From Promethearchaeia archaeon (GTDB taxonomy: Archaea; Asgardarchaeota; Lokiarchaeia; Sigyniarchaeales; SOKP01): 46,828 nucleotides of DNA. A program made the position numbers and the translations under genes. The stretch spans positions 1-46,828 of the forward strand of contig JAHQWL010000035.1 in assembly GCA_029856155.1 (NCBI GenBank), in the 5' to 3' direction. The notes under the pieces were generated by a model. That model did no database searches, was not told the origin of the DNA, and worked only from the letters and a program-made list of their open reading frames with translations. Each line of letters opens with the position of its first letter. Positions within the stretch are counted from its first letter, which is position 1. Of this stretch, positions 10,054 to 20,343 are shown one piece after another.

Positions 10054-12009
10054 TTACCTTTTGGGGATTACTTTATATTCTTTTAAGCTAGGAAAATAAT
10101 CAAGATTTAAGTGAGGAAAATACATTGCCTCAGCGTATTCTTTTTGAAAGCTTTTATCTACTGCAATTTCAATATATTGAATTTTCTTTAACAGTGTTTG
10201 TGCTTTATTTCGCAAATTTTTATTCAATAAACAGTGTTGTGCCCCTATCCCTGCAGCATTTCCTATCTGAAAAATTTTATCATCATTAATATCTGGAATC
10301 ATACCTATAAATTTTGCATTATTAGCATTAATATAATTCCCAAAAGCACCTGCTAAAAAGACTTGTTTAATTTTGAGATTACTCCCTAAATTATTTAAAA
10401 TAATCCTTGCTCCAGCATAAAACGCTGCTTTTGCCATTTGGATTTGTCTAACATCATTTTGGCTAATTGTTATATCTTTATCTAAAGAAGTTTCCTCGTT
10501 TTTGACAATAATAAATTCTATATTTTTATCTTTTTTAATGAATCTTTCATGATCCATAATTTCTCGATTGAAATTACCACTTCTAGTAATAATTTTAGAT
10601 TTTAACATCTCCGCTATTACATCAACTAATCCAGAACCGCAGATACCAATTGGTTTCTTATTTTTGATTGTTGTAAAAGAAACATTAAAATTTTTAGGAT
10701 TAATTTTAATTTTATCAATCGCACCCGATGCGGCTCTCATCCCATCACCAATATGAGCTCCTTCTAGAGCAGAACCTGCCGCACACGATCCTACTGCTAA
10801 AATCTTACGATTTCCTATTATAATTTCACCATTAGTACCGATATCAATTGCTAAAGTAATCTCTTTTTCATTAAAGATACGCGACGAGAGAATTACACCG
10901 ATAGTATCGGCTCCGACAAAACCCGCAATTAAAGGTGATGTATATACGTTTCCAGTTTTTAAAATATTAAGATTTAGACTTTTTGCTTTAATATTCAAAT
11001 TCTTTTGAATAATGGGAATAAATGGACTTAACCCTATATTAACAGGATTTAATCCTAAAAAAATGTGATGCATAACAGAATTTCCTACAACACTAGCTTC
11101 ATAGATTTGAGAAGGGTGAATCTTTGCTTTATTACATACGTTTAAAATTATTTCATTTAAATCATTTATTACAGCAGAATTTAATTTCTGAAGATTTTCT
11201 TCATTATCTTTTATAAAAGTTAATCGTGTTATTAAATCCTCTCCATAGGCAGTTTGACTATTCAATTTTGAATCAACAGCATAAATTTTACCGTTATTCA
11301 AATTCATTAGATACCCAACAATTGTGGTAGTCCCAATATCAAAAGCGATTCCAAAATTCTCTTCAAGCGTATTACCTGGCTCACAAGTGATAACATTAGT
11401 ATTATTCCATAAAACTAAAGTGATCTTGTATTGATTTTCTCTTAGAAGAGTCGGTATATCATTTAGAACGTTATAATCTATCTCAATTTCATCATTTCTC
11501 TTTAAATTCAGACTTTTAGACAAAATAGCTGATTCAATTCTTTCAAAATCAGCAATCGGTTCCTCTAATGACGGTTTTTTTACTTCAATAAAAATCTTTG
11601 TGATAGCTGGTTTAATTTCAATACCTTTACTGATCCCTGACACTAAAATATTAAAATCTTCAAGTAAAAGTTCACGGGGCAAAAATACACGAAATTGCGG
11701 GGCTTGAAGTGTTTCAAGATTTTTTTTTTTTTTAATATCAATTTTTGATTGACAAGCGAGACGCCATCCATCTTCAATTTCATTATTACTCAAAAAAATT
11801 TTTTCAGAAGAAGTGGGATTATTCAAATACTCATTACCCCGTTGAATTAAGACTTTACATTTTCCACAGGTCCCTAAACCTCCACATATCGAACTTATTG
11901 GCACATTTAATTCTGAAAGAATTTCATAAAGTGAGTAATCATCTGAAAAAATCACTCTTCTTGAAATTGGTTCAAAATCAATAATAATATTTCCGTTTTT
12001 TGTTTTCAT
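10054..12009 (-). CDS. ASKHA-domain ATPase with N-terminal [2Fe-2S] ferredoxin (RACo/DUF4445, reductive activator of corrinoid proteins)
   Basis: CGGLGTCGKC...RLACQ, DIGTTT, GFVGAD, DIGTNGE, GICGSG, LAGAFG, GNAAG. Confidence 0.9.
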   Translation of the reverse strand: MKTKNGNIIIDFEPISRRVIFSDDYSLYEILSELNVPISSICGGLGTCGKCKVLIQRGNEYLNNPTSSEKIFLSNNEIEDGWRLACQSKIDIKKKKNLETLQAPQFRVFLPRELLLEDFNILVSGISKGIEIKPAITKIFIEVKKPSLEEPIADFERIESAILSKSLNLKRNDEIEIDYNVLNDIPTLLRENQYKITLVLWNNTNVITCEPGNTLEENFGIAFDIGTTTIVGYLMNLNNGKIYAVDSKLNSQTAYGEDLITRLTFIKDNEENLQKLNSAVINDLNEIILNVCNKAKIHPSQIYEASVVGNSVMHHIFLGLNPVNIGLSPFIPIIQKNLNIKAKSLNLNILKTGNVYTSPLIAGFVGADTIGVILSSRIFNEKEITLAIDIGTNGEIIIGNRKILAVGSCAAGSALEGAHIGDGMRAASGAIDKIKINPKNFNVSFTTIKNKKPIGICGSGLVDVIAEMLKSKIITRSGNFNREIMDHERFIKKDKNIEFIIVKNEETSLDKDITISQNDVRQIQMAKAAFYAGARIILNNLGSNLKIKQVFLAGAFGNYINANNAKFIGMIPDINDDKIFQIGNAAGIGAQHCLLNKNLRNKAQTLLKKIQYIEIAVDKSFQKEYAEAMYFPHLNLDYFPSLKEYKVIPKR

Positions 12010-12200
12010 ATTTTAGGTTCATTGATGCTTATAATTTTTTTTTGAAATTTTGAATTCAATATTATAGTAGATTCAAAATTATGTATCGTTTTCATTAAAT
12101 TAGTTAAAATAATAATCACGATATAAAAAGTTTAATTACTTAGTGAGGATAAATTAAAGTAAGAAAAGTGTTTGCATTTTTTTTTTCAAATTACAGTTAG

Positions 12201-15200
12201 GTGGCTTTATTTAAATTGCAAAATCCAGAAGATTTAGCACAAGAAGCTTTAAAATTTTTAGAACTCGCTCAGAATTTTGAAGTAGAGAAAGATGTCGAAA
12301 AAGCTATTTCAAATTACCAAAAAGCAGCCGATCTTCTTAAGCAGAGTGGGTTTTTAATGCATAGAATCCAAGAGATTTATGATAGGATTGGTGAATTGAA
12401 GGATTTTATCCACAAAGAAACATTATATCAACGAGTTCAATCTCAAGCTCAAATTGAACAATTACAAGATCAAGCATTTAATTTATTAGAAGGCGCAAAG
12501 AAAATGGAATTTGACGGTTTTTTTGAAGATGCTATTCAACAATATTTATCCGCTGTCAATTTATTAGTTCAAGCTGGATGGTCTGAAACTCAACTAGAAA
12601 ATATAAAATCAAAAATTACTATGCTCAAAAGAGATTTAAAGCAACAGAAAACTATTCCACAATCTCAGGAGCAGGAAGTTGAATTGGAACAAAAAATACC
12701 TACAGTATTGCCAGATGAGAGACCTCAAGTTGTTGGGATTTTTGGACAAAAAAGCAGTGTTGAAAAAGCAGAAATTATAGATAAATTTCGAGTACAGAAA
12801 AAACATGAAGAAGATATACAAAATCAAGCTTTTGCTCATATCGATGCTGCTAAAATGTTTGAAAAAGATAAGAAATTTGATAACGCGATAATGAATTATG
12901 AAAGAGCTATTGAATTACTAGAATCTATCGGTTGGGACGTTCAAACTCAAAATATTCAAATATTAATTGAAAAACTTAAAAATGATAAAGCATATTACGA
13001 GTCTCTTCAAGATCAGCAAAAGCAAGAATCATTAGTATCAGCAACTGGCATTGAGAAACAGAAATTTGTTTTAAAAAAAGAAGCAGAGATGAAAAAAGAA
13101 AAATTGATTGAATTTGAAGCGAAAAAACAACATGATGAACAAATTCAAATGAGAGCATTTAATCTAATAGATATTGGAAATAGACTTGAAAGAGAAAAAA
13201 ATTATGAATCAGCAATCGAAAAATTGAATGAAGCAGTTCAACTTCTTGAATCGATAGAATGGGATTCATATGTCCAGCCAATTATGAGTTTAATTGATGG
13301 TATAAAAGGTAAACAAAAAAGAGAACTAGCTGCTGACCATTTAAAAGAAAGAAGACAAAAGGATTTAATGATTCTTCAAGATTCAATCTATAAAAAACAA
13401 AAAGAACAAGTAACCCAATCAGCAAAAGAATTAGATACAAAGAGAAAAGAGTTTGAAGTGAAAAGAAGCGACGAAGTACTGAAAGAAGAAAAGCTTTTCA
13501 TATTCTTAGATAAAGCAGATGAAATTTTAAAAGCAAAAAACTTCGATGACGCCATAAAAGAATACAATAAGGCTTTAGAAATACTCACAGAATTAGGCTC
13601 CGGTTGGGAAGCTTATAAATCAATGATCAAGAACACAATTTCAAATATAGAAAATCTGAAGCATAGTCAGCTTACTAAAGAATATGAAGAACAAAAGAAA
13701 GTAGAAGAAAGGAGACGAGAAGAATTAGCATTTCAAAATCAAATTGCTAATCTTTTAAATAAAGAACGAGATCGCTTAAAAAAGAAAGAAATTGTTGTCA
13801 AAGACACTGAAAAAGAAATTAAATTTTTTGAACATCGTAAAAATATCGCATTTGAATTATTAGATTCTGCGATAGATTCCTTAAAAAAAGGGAACTATGA
13901 AGATACTATTTTAGCATATCAAAATGCAGCTAATGTTTTTGCTGAAATACAATGGACAGAGGAAATTCCATTAATTGAAAATTCGATAAGAGAAGTTGAA
14001 GATTTACAACGACAGCAAAATATAGAAAAACAAAAAAAACTAAAAGATGCGATAGAGAGAGAAAAAAATGAGGAAAAATTCCAAAAACAAATTTCAAAAT
14101 ATTTGCAACAAGAACGCGAAAAATTGAAGAAAAAAGAAATTGAATTAATAGAGCGTGAAAAAAGTACACGATATCGTGAGGAAAGAAGAGAAGCAGGCTT
14201 TAAATTATTAGAACAAGCACAAGAGAATGTAAAACAAAACAATTTTGATGAAGCAATTGAGATACTTCAATATACGATTAACTTTTTTGCTGATATTGAA
14301 TGGCAAAATGAAATCACTCTTATTCAAAATTCTATTGTAGAAATTGAAAATAGAAAAAGAGAAGCAGAATTACAAAATCAGATCAAATTACAAGCGGAAT
14401 TAGAACGTGAAAAACGAGAAAAGACATTTCAAGAACTCATCACAAAAGAAATGAAGACTCAGCGCGAAAAATTTATGGAAAGAAAAATTATTTCAAGAGA
14501 AAGAGAAAAAGAACTTTCCTATCGTGAAGAAAAGAAGAAGGAAGCATTCGATTTACTAGAAAAAGCTCAAGATTTTGTTTCTCACAGAAAATTTGATGAG
14601 GCACTTGAAATATATTATAATGTGGCAAATTTATTCGCTCAGATTCAATGGGTTGATGAAATTTCAGTAATCCAAGAAGCAATCAATAATATTGAAAATA
14701 GAAAAAGAGATAATGAATTAAATAAACAAAAGATCCTACAAAAGGCAATTAAGAAAGAAACTGAAGATAAAGCATTCATTGATCAAATAAGATACCAAAG
14801 AGAAAGAGAGAAAGCAGATTTTTTGAAAGAAAAAGAGTTAATAGAACAACAAAAGCATATATCTGCCCAGAATTTAGCAAAACAGCAAGAAGGATTTAGT
14901 TTAATTGAAGATGGAGACATAGTTTTAGAAGCAGAAAATTTTGATGAAGCAATAAATAATTATAGAAAAGCAATAGAACTTTTAAAGGATATTGGCTGGG
15001 GAGAAGGATATTTAAAATTACTACGCGATACAATTCAAACAATTACAATGAAGAAAAAGGAAAGAGAAAAAGAAAAACAATTAGAATTTGAAGCGTCATT
15101 AAAACGTCAAAAAGAGGATGATATCTTTCAGAAGAAAATCCATGAAAATATGCAGATAGAAAAAGAAAGATTAAAAGCTAAAGAAATTGAATTACAGAAA

Positions 15201-18200
15201 AGAGAAGATCTCGCAAAAAGTATGGAGATTCGCAAGTTAGAGGCTTTCAAAATAATGGATGAAGCTGTACTTTTATTGAATAACGGTGAATATGATAAAT
15301 CAACTGAGAGATATCATCAAGCTGAATTAATATTGAATGAAATCAATTTTCCAACTATAGCTATTAGAGAAATGATTCAAAAGATTCAAGAAAAAAAAAG
15401 AGAAGAAGATTTGAATAAATTTAAGGACTTAGAGAACAAATCAAGAAGAGAACAAGAAGAATTGCTATTTCAGCAACAGGTTTTGGAGAAGATAAACCTA
15501 GAAGAACATAAAATGAGAGAGAAACAAGGTCAATTATTAAAAAAAGAACAATTAAAGATAATTCATGAACAGAAAAAGCAAGAAGCATTTAACAAATTGG
15601 AGGAAGCACAAAGACAAATAGAAAAAGGAAAGTTTAATGAGGCAATTGGTTTGTATCGAGAAGCAAGAGAAATTTTTGTGGAGATTCAATGGGAGGGAGA
15701 AATAGAATTAATTCAAAATTCTATTGTAGAAATTGAAAACAAAAAGCGACAGGCAGAACTAAAAAAACAGACAGAACTAAAAGCTGCGTTAGAAAAGGAA
15801 AAAGAAGAAAACTTGTTTCAGCAAAAAATTACTGATGAAATGAAAACACAAAGAGAAGAATTACAGAAAACAGAGATTACACTTAGAGAATTAGAAAAAG
15901 AACTTGCGTATCGTGAGAAAAGGAAAGAGGATGCATTTAAATCATTAGAAAAAGCTCAAAATTATCTTACAGAGGGAAAATTTGATGATGCAATCGAAAT
16001 TTACCACGATGTAGCTAATATTTTTGCGCAAATTCAATGGATTGATGAAATTCCAATAATAAACCAAGCAATTCAAGATATTGAAGACAAAAAAAGAGAA
16101 AAAGATTTCTTAAAACAGAAAACAATTCAGGAAGCTATCGAAGTAGAAAAACAAAACAATGCTTTTATGGAACAGATTAATCTTCTGAGGGAGAGTGAAG
16201 AAGTTAAATCATTGGAACAAAGAGAATTAATCCAAAAAAAAGAACTGGTTACAGAACAAAATTTATCTATACAACAAGATGCGTTTAAATTAATTAATGA
16301 GGGTTACACATTACTTAGTCAAAAAAGTTATGACAAGGCAATGCAAAATTATCAAAACGCAATAAAACTTCTAACTGAAATTGGGTGGACAAGTGATTAT
16401 TTAATATTACTTCAAGATACAATTAAAACAATTGAAGTTAGAAAAAGAGAAATTGAACAACAGAAAGAATTAAAACTTGAATCACTGAAGCAGCAACAAA
16501 AAGAAGAATTACATTTTCAACAAAAAATTACTGATAGCATGCGAAGAGAACAAGAAAGATTAAAAACTAAAGAAATTGAGATTCAAAAACAGGAAAAATT
16601 ATTGCAATTAAAGGAGAAACGTAAAATAGAAGCATTTGATCTAATGGATGCAGGGGAAAAATATTTTAATAAGAAGCAGTATCCTGGAGCAATTGAAAAA
16701 TATCGTCAAGCAGAGTTATTTTTAAATGAAATTGGATTTCCAACTAATGCAGTAAGAGAAATGATTCACAAAATTCAAGAGAAAAACAAAGAAGAATGGA
16801 TTGCTAAACAAAAGGTTTTGGAGCTTAAACTTGAAAAAGAAAAAGAAGAATCAAAATTTCAACGAAAAATAGCTGAGAGTATAAGAATAAGGGATATGAA
16901 AATGAAATCTAAGCAAGAAGAAATTAATAGACAAAGAGAAGCTCAAGCTTATATGGAAAAAAGAAAAGAGGAAGCATTTAATCTTCTTGAAGATGCCGAA
17001 ATTTACATGAATCAATCGCAATATGATAAATCTCTTGAATATTATTATGCCGCTGAATTAATTTTAAATGAAATTGCTTTCCCAACAGATTCAATAAGAG
17101 AATTAATTCTTAAAGTTCAAGAGAAAAAACGCGAACATCAACTGGCAAAGCAAAAAGAATTAGAACAAAGCATGCAAAGAGAACGAGAAGAGTGGATTTT
17201 CCATCAAAAAGTGGCAGATAATTTACAGATTAAAAAAGAACGTTTGAAAACCAAAGAATTAGAAATATTGAAGAAGGAACAACTGAAAACAAAGCTAGAA
17301 GAAAGAAAAGAACAAGCTTTTAAGATTTTAGAAGAGGGAGAACGCTTTCTAAAAGAACAAAAGTATGATAATGCAATAGTTTGTTATAGAAGAGCAGGAA
17401 TTATTTTGAATGAATTACAATTTCCAACTGATTCTATAAATAATACTATATTTAGGATAAAAAAAATACAAAATCAAAAGGAAGAAGACGAAAATCTAAA
17501 GTATCAAAAAGAACTGGAAAAATTAGAAGAAGAAAAAGCGTTAAAAGCTCTTATTGAAGAGAGAAAGAGGCAAGAAAAAGAAAAAAGAGAGGCACAACAA
17601 TTAGCACTGAAAGAACGAGAAAAGGTTATCCAAGAACAAATGAGTGTAAGAGAATCAGCATACTCTCTATTAGAAGAAGCTGGAAAGTCTCTGAAGCATC
17701 GTATTCCTAAGTATAATGAAGCAATTTCACTTTATATTCAAGCAAGGCATATCTTAGAAGAAAATATTGGTTGGGAACCAGAAATAAAAAATTTAAATGT
17801 GTTAATAAAAGATTTACAGCAAGAACAAGCAAATTTTCTTGAAAAGAAAAAATTAGAGGAGCAAGCTCGCCTACAAAGACAAAATGAATATGCATTGTTT
17901 CAAGAAGAAGTGAAGAGAAGACGCTTAGAACAAGAAAAATCAAAACGAGAACAAGAAAAACAATATAGGAATTTAATTCTGAAACGTCAACAAGTTGATA
18001 AATTAAGAGATGATGGATTAAAACTTATTGATGAGGGTAAAAAATGGTCATCATATCATAATTTTGAAAAAGCGTATCAAAATTTCGACTCTGCGATAAG
18101 AAATTTCAAGGAAATTGGTTGGGATGAAGAAGTAAAATATATTGAAACTGAAATTAAAAATACAAAAATTTTAGAAGAAAGAGTTAAAAAGGAGGAACTT

Positions 18201-18584
18201 AGGATCCAATTAATTCAACAACAGTTAGAAAAACAAAGAACTTTAGAGGATAGTCGTAGAAAAGCTGAAGAAGCTAAATTAAAGCATACAATTGGAGAAG
18301 TTGGAGAATTAGCCGACGAAGTGCTAAGTTTAATTGAACAAGAAAGAAAAAGACAAAAATTAGCTGAAAAACAGCAAAAAAAGAAGATTAAAGATGAAGC
18401 AAAAGAGTTTCGTAAAGAGATGGGTGACTTAATAAAAATCAAACAAGAACTCATAGAGGAAATTGGAAAAAAAGAAAAAGAAAAAAGTAAATTCCAAGAG
18501 GAACTGCAGAAAGCCAAAGAAAGGGAAGAAGTTGATAATCTTAAAAGAATGATTAAAGAAACTGCTAAAAAAAAAAAAAGTTAA
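12201..18584 (+). CDS. Giant repeat protein: about 18 MIT/TPR-like helical units joined by E/K/R/Q-rich helical spacers
   Basis: Recurrent AFxLLExA...(F/Y)DxAIxxYxxA..(IGW/IQW/IxFP) about every 115 aa. True start may be the TTG at 12216. Confidence 0.8.
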   Translation: MALFKLQNPEDLAQEALKFLELAQNFEVEKDVEKAISNYQKAADLLKQSGFLMHRIQEIYDRIGELKDFIHKETLYQRVQSQAQIEQLQDQAFNLLEGAKKMEFDGFFEDAIQQYLSAVNLLVQAGWSETQLENIKSKITMLKRDLKQQKTIPQSQEQEVELEQKIPTVLPDERPQVVGIFGQKSSVEKAEIIDKFRVQKKHEEDIQNQAFAHIDAAKMFEKDKKFDNAIMNYERAIELLESIGWDVQTQNIQILIEKLKNDKAYYESLQDQQKQESLVSATGIEKQKFVLKKEAEMKKEKLIEFEAKKQHDEQIQMRAFNLIDIGNRLEREKNYESAIEKLNEAVQLLESIEWDSYVQPIMSLIDGIKGKQKRELAADHLKERRQKDLMILQDSIYKKQKEQVTQSAKELDTKRKEFEVKRSDEVLKEEKLFIFLDKADEILKAKNFDDAIKEYNKALEILTELGSGWEAYKSMIKNTISNIENLKHSQLTKEYEEQKKVEERRREELAFQNQIANLLNKERDRLKKKEIVVKDTEKEIKFFEHRKNIAFELLDSAIDSLKKGNYEDTILAYQNAANVFAEIQWTEEIPLIENSIREVEDLQRQQNIEKQKKLKDAIEREKNEEKFQKQISKYLQQEREKLKKKEIELIEREKSTRYREERREAGFKLLEQAQENVKQNNFDEAIEILQYTINFFADIEWQNEITLIQNSIVEIENRKREAELQNQIKLQAELEREKREKTFQELITKEMKTQREKFMERKIISREREKELSYREEKKKEAFDLLEKAQDFVSHRKFDEALEIYYNVANLFAQIQWVDEISVIQEAINNIENRKRDNELNKQKILQKAIKKETEDKAFIDQIRYQREREKADFLKEKELIEQQKHISAQNLAKQQEGFSLIEDGDIVLEAENFDEAINNYRKAIELLKDIGWGEGYLKLLRDTIQTITMKKKEREKEKQLEFEASLKRQKEDDIFQKKIHENMQIEKERLKAKEIELQKREDLAKSMEIRKLEAFKIMDEAVLLLNNGEYDKSTERYHQAELILNEINFPTIAIREMIQKIQEKKREEDLNKFKDLENKSRREQEELLFQQQVLEKINLEEHKMREKQGQLLKKEQLKIIHEQKKQEAFNKLEEAQRQIEKGKFNEAIGLYREAREIFVEIQWEGEIELIQNSIVEIENKKRQAELKKQTELKAALEKEKEENLFQQKITDEMKTQREELQKTEITLRELEKELAYREKRKEDAFKSLEKAQNYLTEGKFDDAIEIYHDVANIFAQIQWIDEIPIINQAIQDIEDKKREKDFLKQKTIQEAIEVEKQNNAFMEQINLLRESEEVKSLEQRELIQKKELVTEQNLSIQQDAFKLINEGYTLLSQKSYDKAMQNYQNAIKLLTEIGWTSDYLILLQDTIKTIEVRKREIEQQKELKLESLKQQQKEELHFQQKITDSMRREQERLKTKEIEIQKQEKLLQLKEKRKIEAFDLMDAGEKYFNKKQYPGAIEKYRQAELFLNEIGFPTNAVREMIHKIQEKNKEEWIAKQKVLELKLEKEKEESKFQRKIAESIRIRDMKMKSKQEEINRQREAQAYMEKRKEEAFNLLEDAEIYMNQSQYDKSLEYYYAAELILNEIAFPTDSIRELILKVQEKKREHQLAKQKELEQSMQREREEWIFHQKVADNLQIKKERLKTKELEILKKEQLKTKLEERKEQAFKILEEGERFLKEQKYDNAIVCYRRAGIILNELQFPTDSINNTIFRIKKIQNQKEEDENLKYQKELEKLEEEKALKALIEERKRQEKEKREAQQLALKEREKVIQEQMSVRESAYSLLEEAGKSLKHRIPKYNEAISLYIQARHILEENIGWEPEIKNLNVLIKDLQQEQANFLEKKKLEEQARLQRQNEYALFQEEVKRRRLEQEKSKREQEKQYRNLILKRQQVDKLRDDGLKLIDEGKKWSSYHNFEKAYQNFDSAIRNFKEIGWDEEVKYIETEIKNTKILEERVKKEELRIQLIQQQLEKQRTLEDSRRKAEEAKLKHTIGEVGELADEVLSLIEQERKRQKLAEKQQKKKIKDEAKEFRKEMGDLIKIKQELIEEIGKKEKEKSKFQEELQKAKEREEVDNLKRMIKETAKKKKS

Positions 18585-18719
18585 AAATCATCATCTAAAA
18601 AATAATAATAACTATTTATCCAAATTATTTTCTTATTATTTGTAATAAACGACTAAAAGAGTTTAAATTTAGATCTTGAAATATAAATATTATATTAATT
18701 AAAAATAGCGTTTTTTAAA

Positions 18720-20303
18720 ATGATTGAAAAAACAGATGATATTGTAAAGTCTCGCATGTATGCTAGACAACAATTAATTGAAGGGTGGGATCAAGAGACA
18801 ATAGATAATGGAACCATCATGATTATTGGTGTCGGTGCCCTTGGTTGCGAAATTGCTAAAGATTTCGCACTAATGGGAATTGGTAAGTTGATTCTTGTTG
18901 ATTTAGATACTATTGAAACTTCTAATTTATCGCGACAAATGCTTTTTAAGCCAGGGGATGAAGGTCGTCCAAAAGCTGAGGTTGCAGCTGAAAGATTGAA
19001 GGAAATGAATCCTTATCTTAAGGTTGATTATTTTTTTGAAAAACTTCAGAAATTACCAATGTCTGTTTATGAAGAATCTGATGTAATAGTAGCAGCTTTA
19101 GATAATTTTAACGCGAGGTTAGATTTAAATAAAATATGCTTACGACTGAAGAAACCAATGGTCGAAGCTGGGACGGTAGGATTTGAAGGTCATTGCCAAA
19201 TTGTAATTCCTGAAGGTTCTGGTTTACAATATAAGAATAGAGAAAAAGAAATTGACAATTTAGTTGAAGCTAAACTCTGGGAAATAACTGAATTGGATTA
19301 TCCTGAATATGTTCAAGCTCAAAATAGAATTGAGGAATTAGAAGAAGAAATTGAGACGATCAAAGCAGAAAAAATAATACCCATAATCAATAAAATTCGA
19401 AAAGAAATAGAAATGGTTTTTGATTGGAAACACGCTCCCGCACTATTAGATCAAACTCCCTGTTATAGGTGTTTAGTACCAATACCTCCAGCAGATGATA
19501 AACTCGTTGCGGCATGTACACTAAAAGGATTACCACGTAATAGGAATCACTGTGTAATAAAAGCGGAGGTAGATTTTGAAAAGAAATATGGACACAAACC
19601 TGATTTAAATCTAAACGATGAAGTAATTAAGCTAAGAGAATTAGCTCAAGAAGAATTAATAAAATTAAGAGAAAGAGTATTTAACGAAAATGTTCCTCCT
19701 GAAAAGAGAGAAACCTTAACAGAAGAAGAGATTGAAGAATGGAAAAAAAATATTGAAGAAACATTTGGATCAAACTATAAGTTCGAAGAAATGGAAAATA
19801 TCCTAGGTAATAAAATTGCAGCTATACAAACTGTAAGTTCTGTTATTGCTAGTATCCAATCTCAAGAAGCATTAAAATTATTGTTTAGAGTTAAAGGAAG
19901 AAATATAGGTGCTCCAATGGATCCTCCATATGTAAATTATAACGGGATATATGGACAATTTGATCATTTAGACATCGTTAAAAGAGAAGATTGTCTAGCT
20001 TGTGGGAAAATTGAAGGAGAAGAGAATGTTCAAATTGTAGTTCCATTTGATGCTGACGTAGGTTACATTTTTAAAGCCATGAAAATCACAGGATATGATT
20101 TAGATCCAGAATTATGGATGATAACAAACCCCATGACTAAAGAGATTTATTGGAATCCGTATATGCCCTCTCTAAAAGACCCTGACATTAAATTAACTAC
20201 ATTGAAAATAAAGAGTAATGATATAGTATCTTTAACTCCTCTAGGTAAAGCTTTAGCAGAATCAGATATTAAAAAGTTTAATGTTATAATCTCTTTTATG
20301 TGA
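18720..20303 (+). CDS. Ubiquitin-like activating enzyme E1 (ThiF family, UBA3/UBA2-like architecture)
   Basis: YARQ, GVGALGCE, DLDTIETSNLSRQ, ALDNFNAR, Zn motifs CYRC and CLAC, catalytic ACTLKGLPRNRNHC, C-terminal UFD-like domain. Confidence 0.9.
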   Translation: MIEKTDDIVKSRMYARQQLIEGWDQETIDNGTIMIIGVGALGCEIAKDFALMGIGKLILVDLDTIETSNLSRQMLFKPGDEGRPKAEVAAERLKEMNPYLKVDYFFEKLQKLPMSVYEESDVIVAALDNFNARLDLNKICLRLKKPMVEAGTVGFEGHCQIVIPEGSGLQYKNREKEIDNLVEAKLWEITELDYPEYVQAQNRIEELEEEIETIKAEKIIPIINKIRKEIEMVFDWKHAPALLDQTPCYRCLVPIPPADDKLVAACTLKGLPRNRNHCVIKAEVDFEKKYGHKPDLNLNDEVIKLRELAQEELIKLRERVFNENVPPEKRETLTEEEIEEWKKNIEETFGSNYKFEEMENILGNKIAAIQTVSSVIASIQSQEALKLLFRVKGRNIGAPMDPPYVNYNGIYGQFDHLDIVKREDCLACGKIEGEENVQIVVPFDADVGYIFKAMKITGYDLDPELWMITNPMTKEIYWNPYMPSLKDPDIKLTTLKIKSNDIVSLTPLGKALAESDIKKFNVIISFM

Positions 20304-20343
20304 AATCCAATTTTCTATTTTTAAATTTATATCGAAAATAAAG

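Noticed and set aside
11720-11733. T14 homopolymer in the RACo gene (and A13 at 18567-18579) as phase-variation tracts
   Set aside because: Frames are intact, the runs encode poly-Lys, and such runs are expected in an AT-rich genome.
12636-18517. Multiple Phe/Ser/Leu-rich minus-strand ORFs
   Set aside because: Antisense shadows of the Glu/Lys-rich giant gene.
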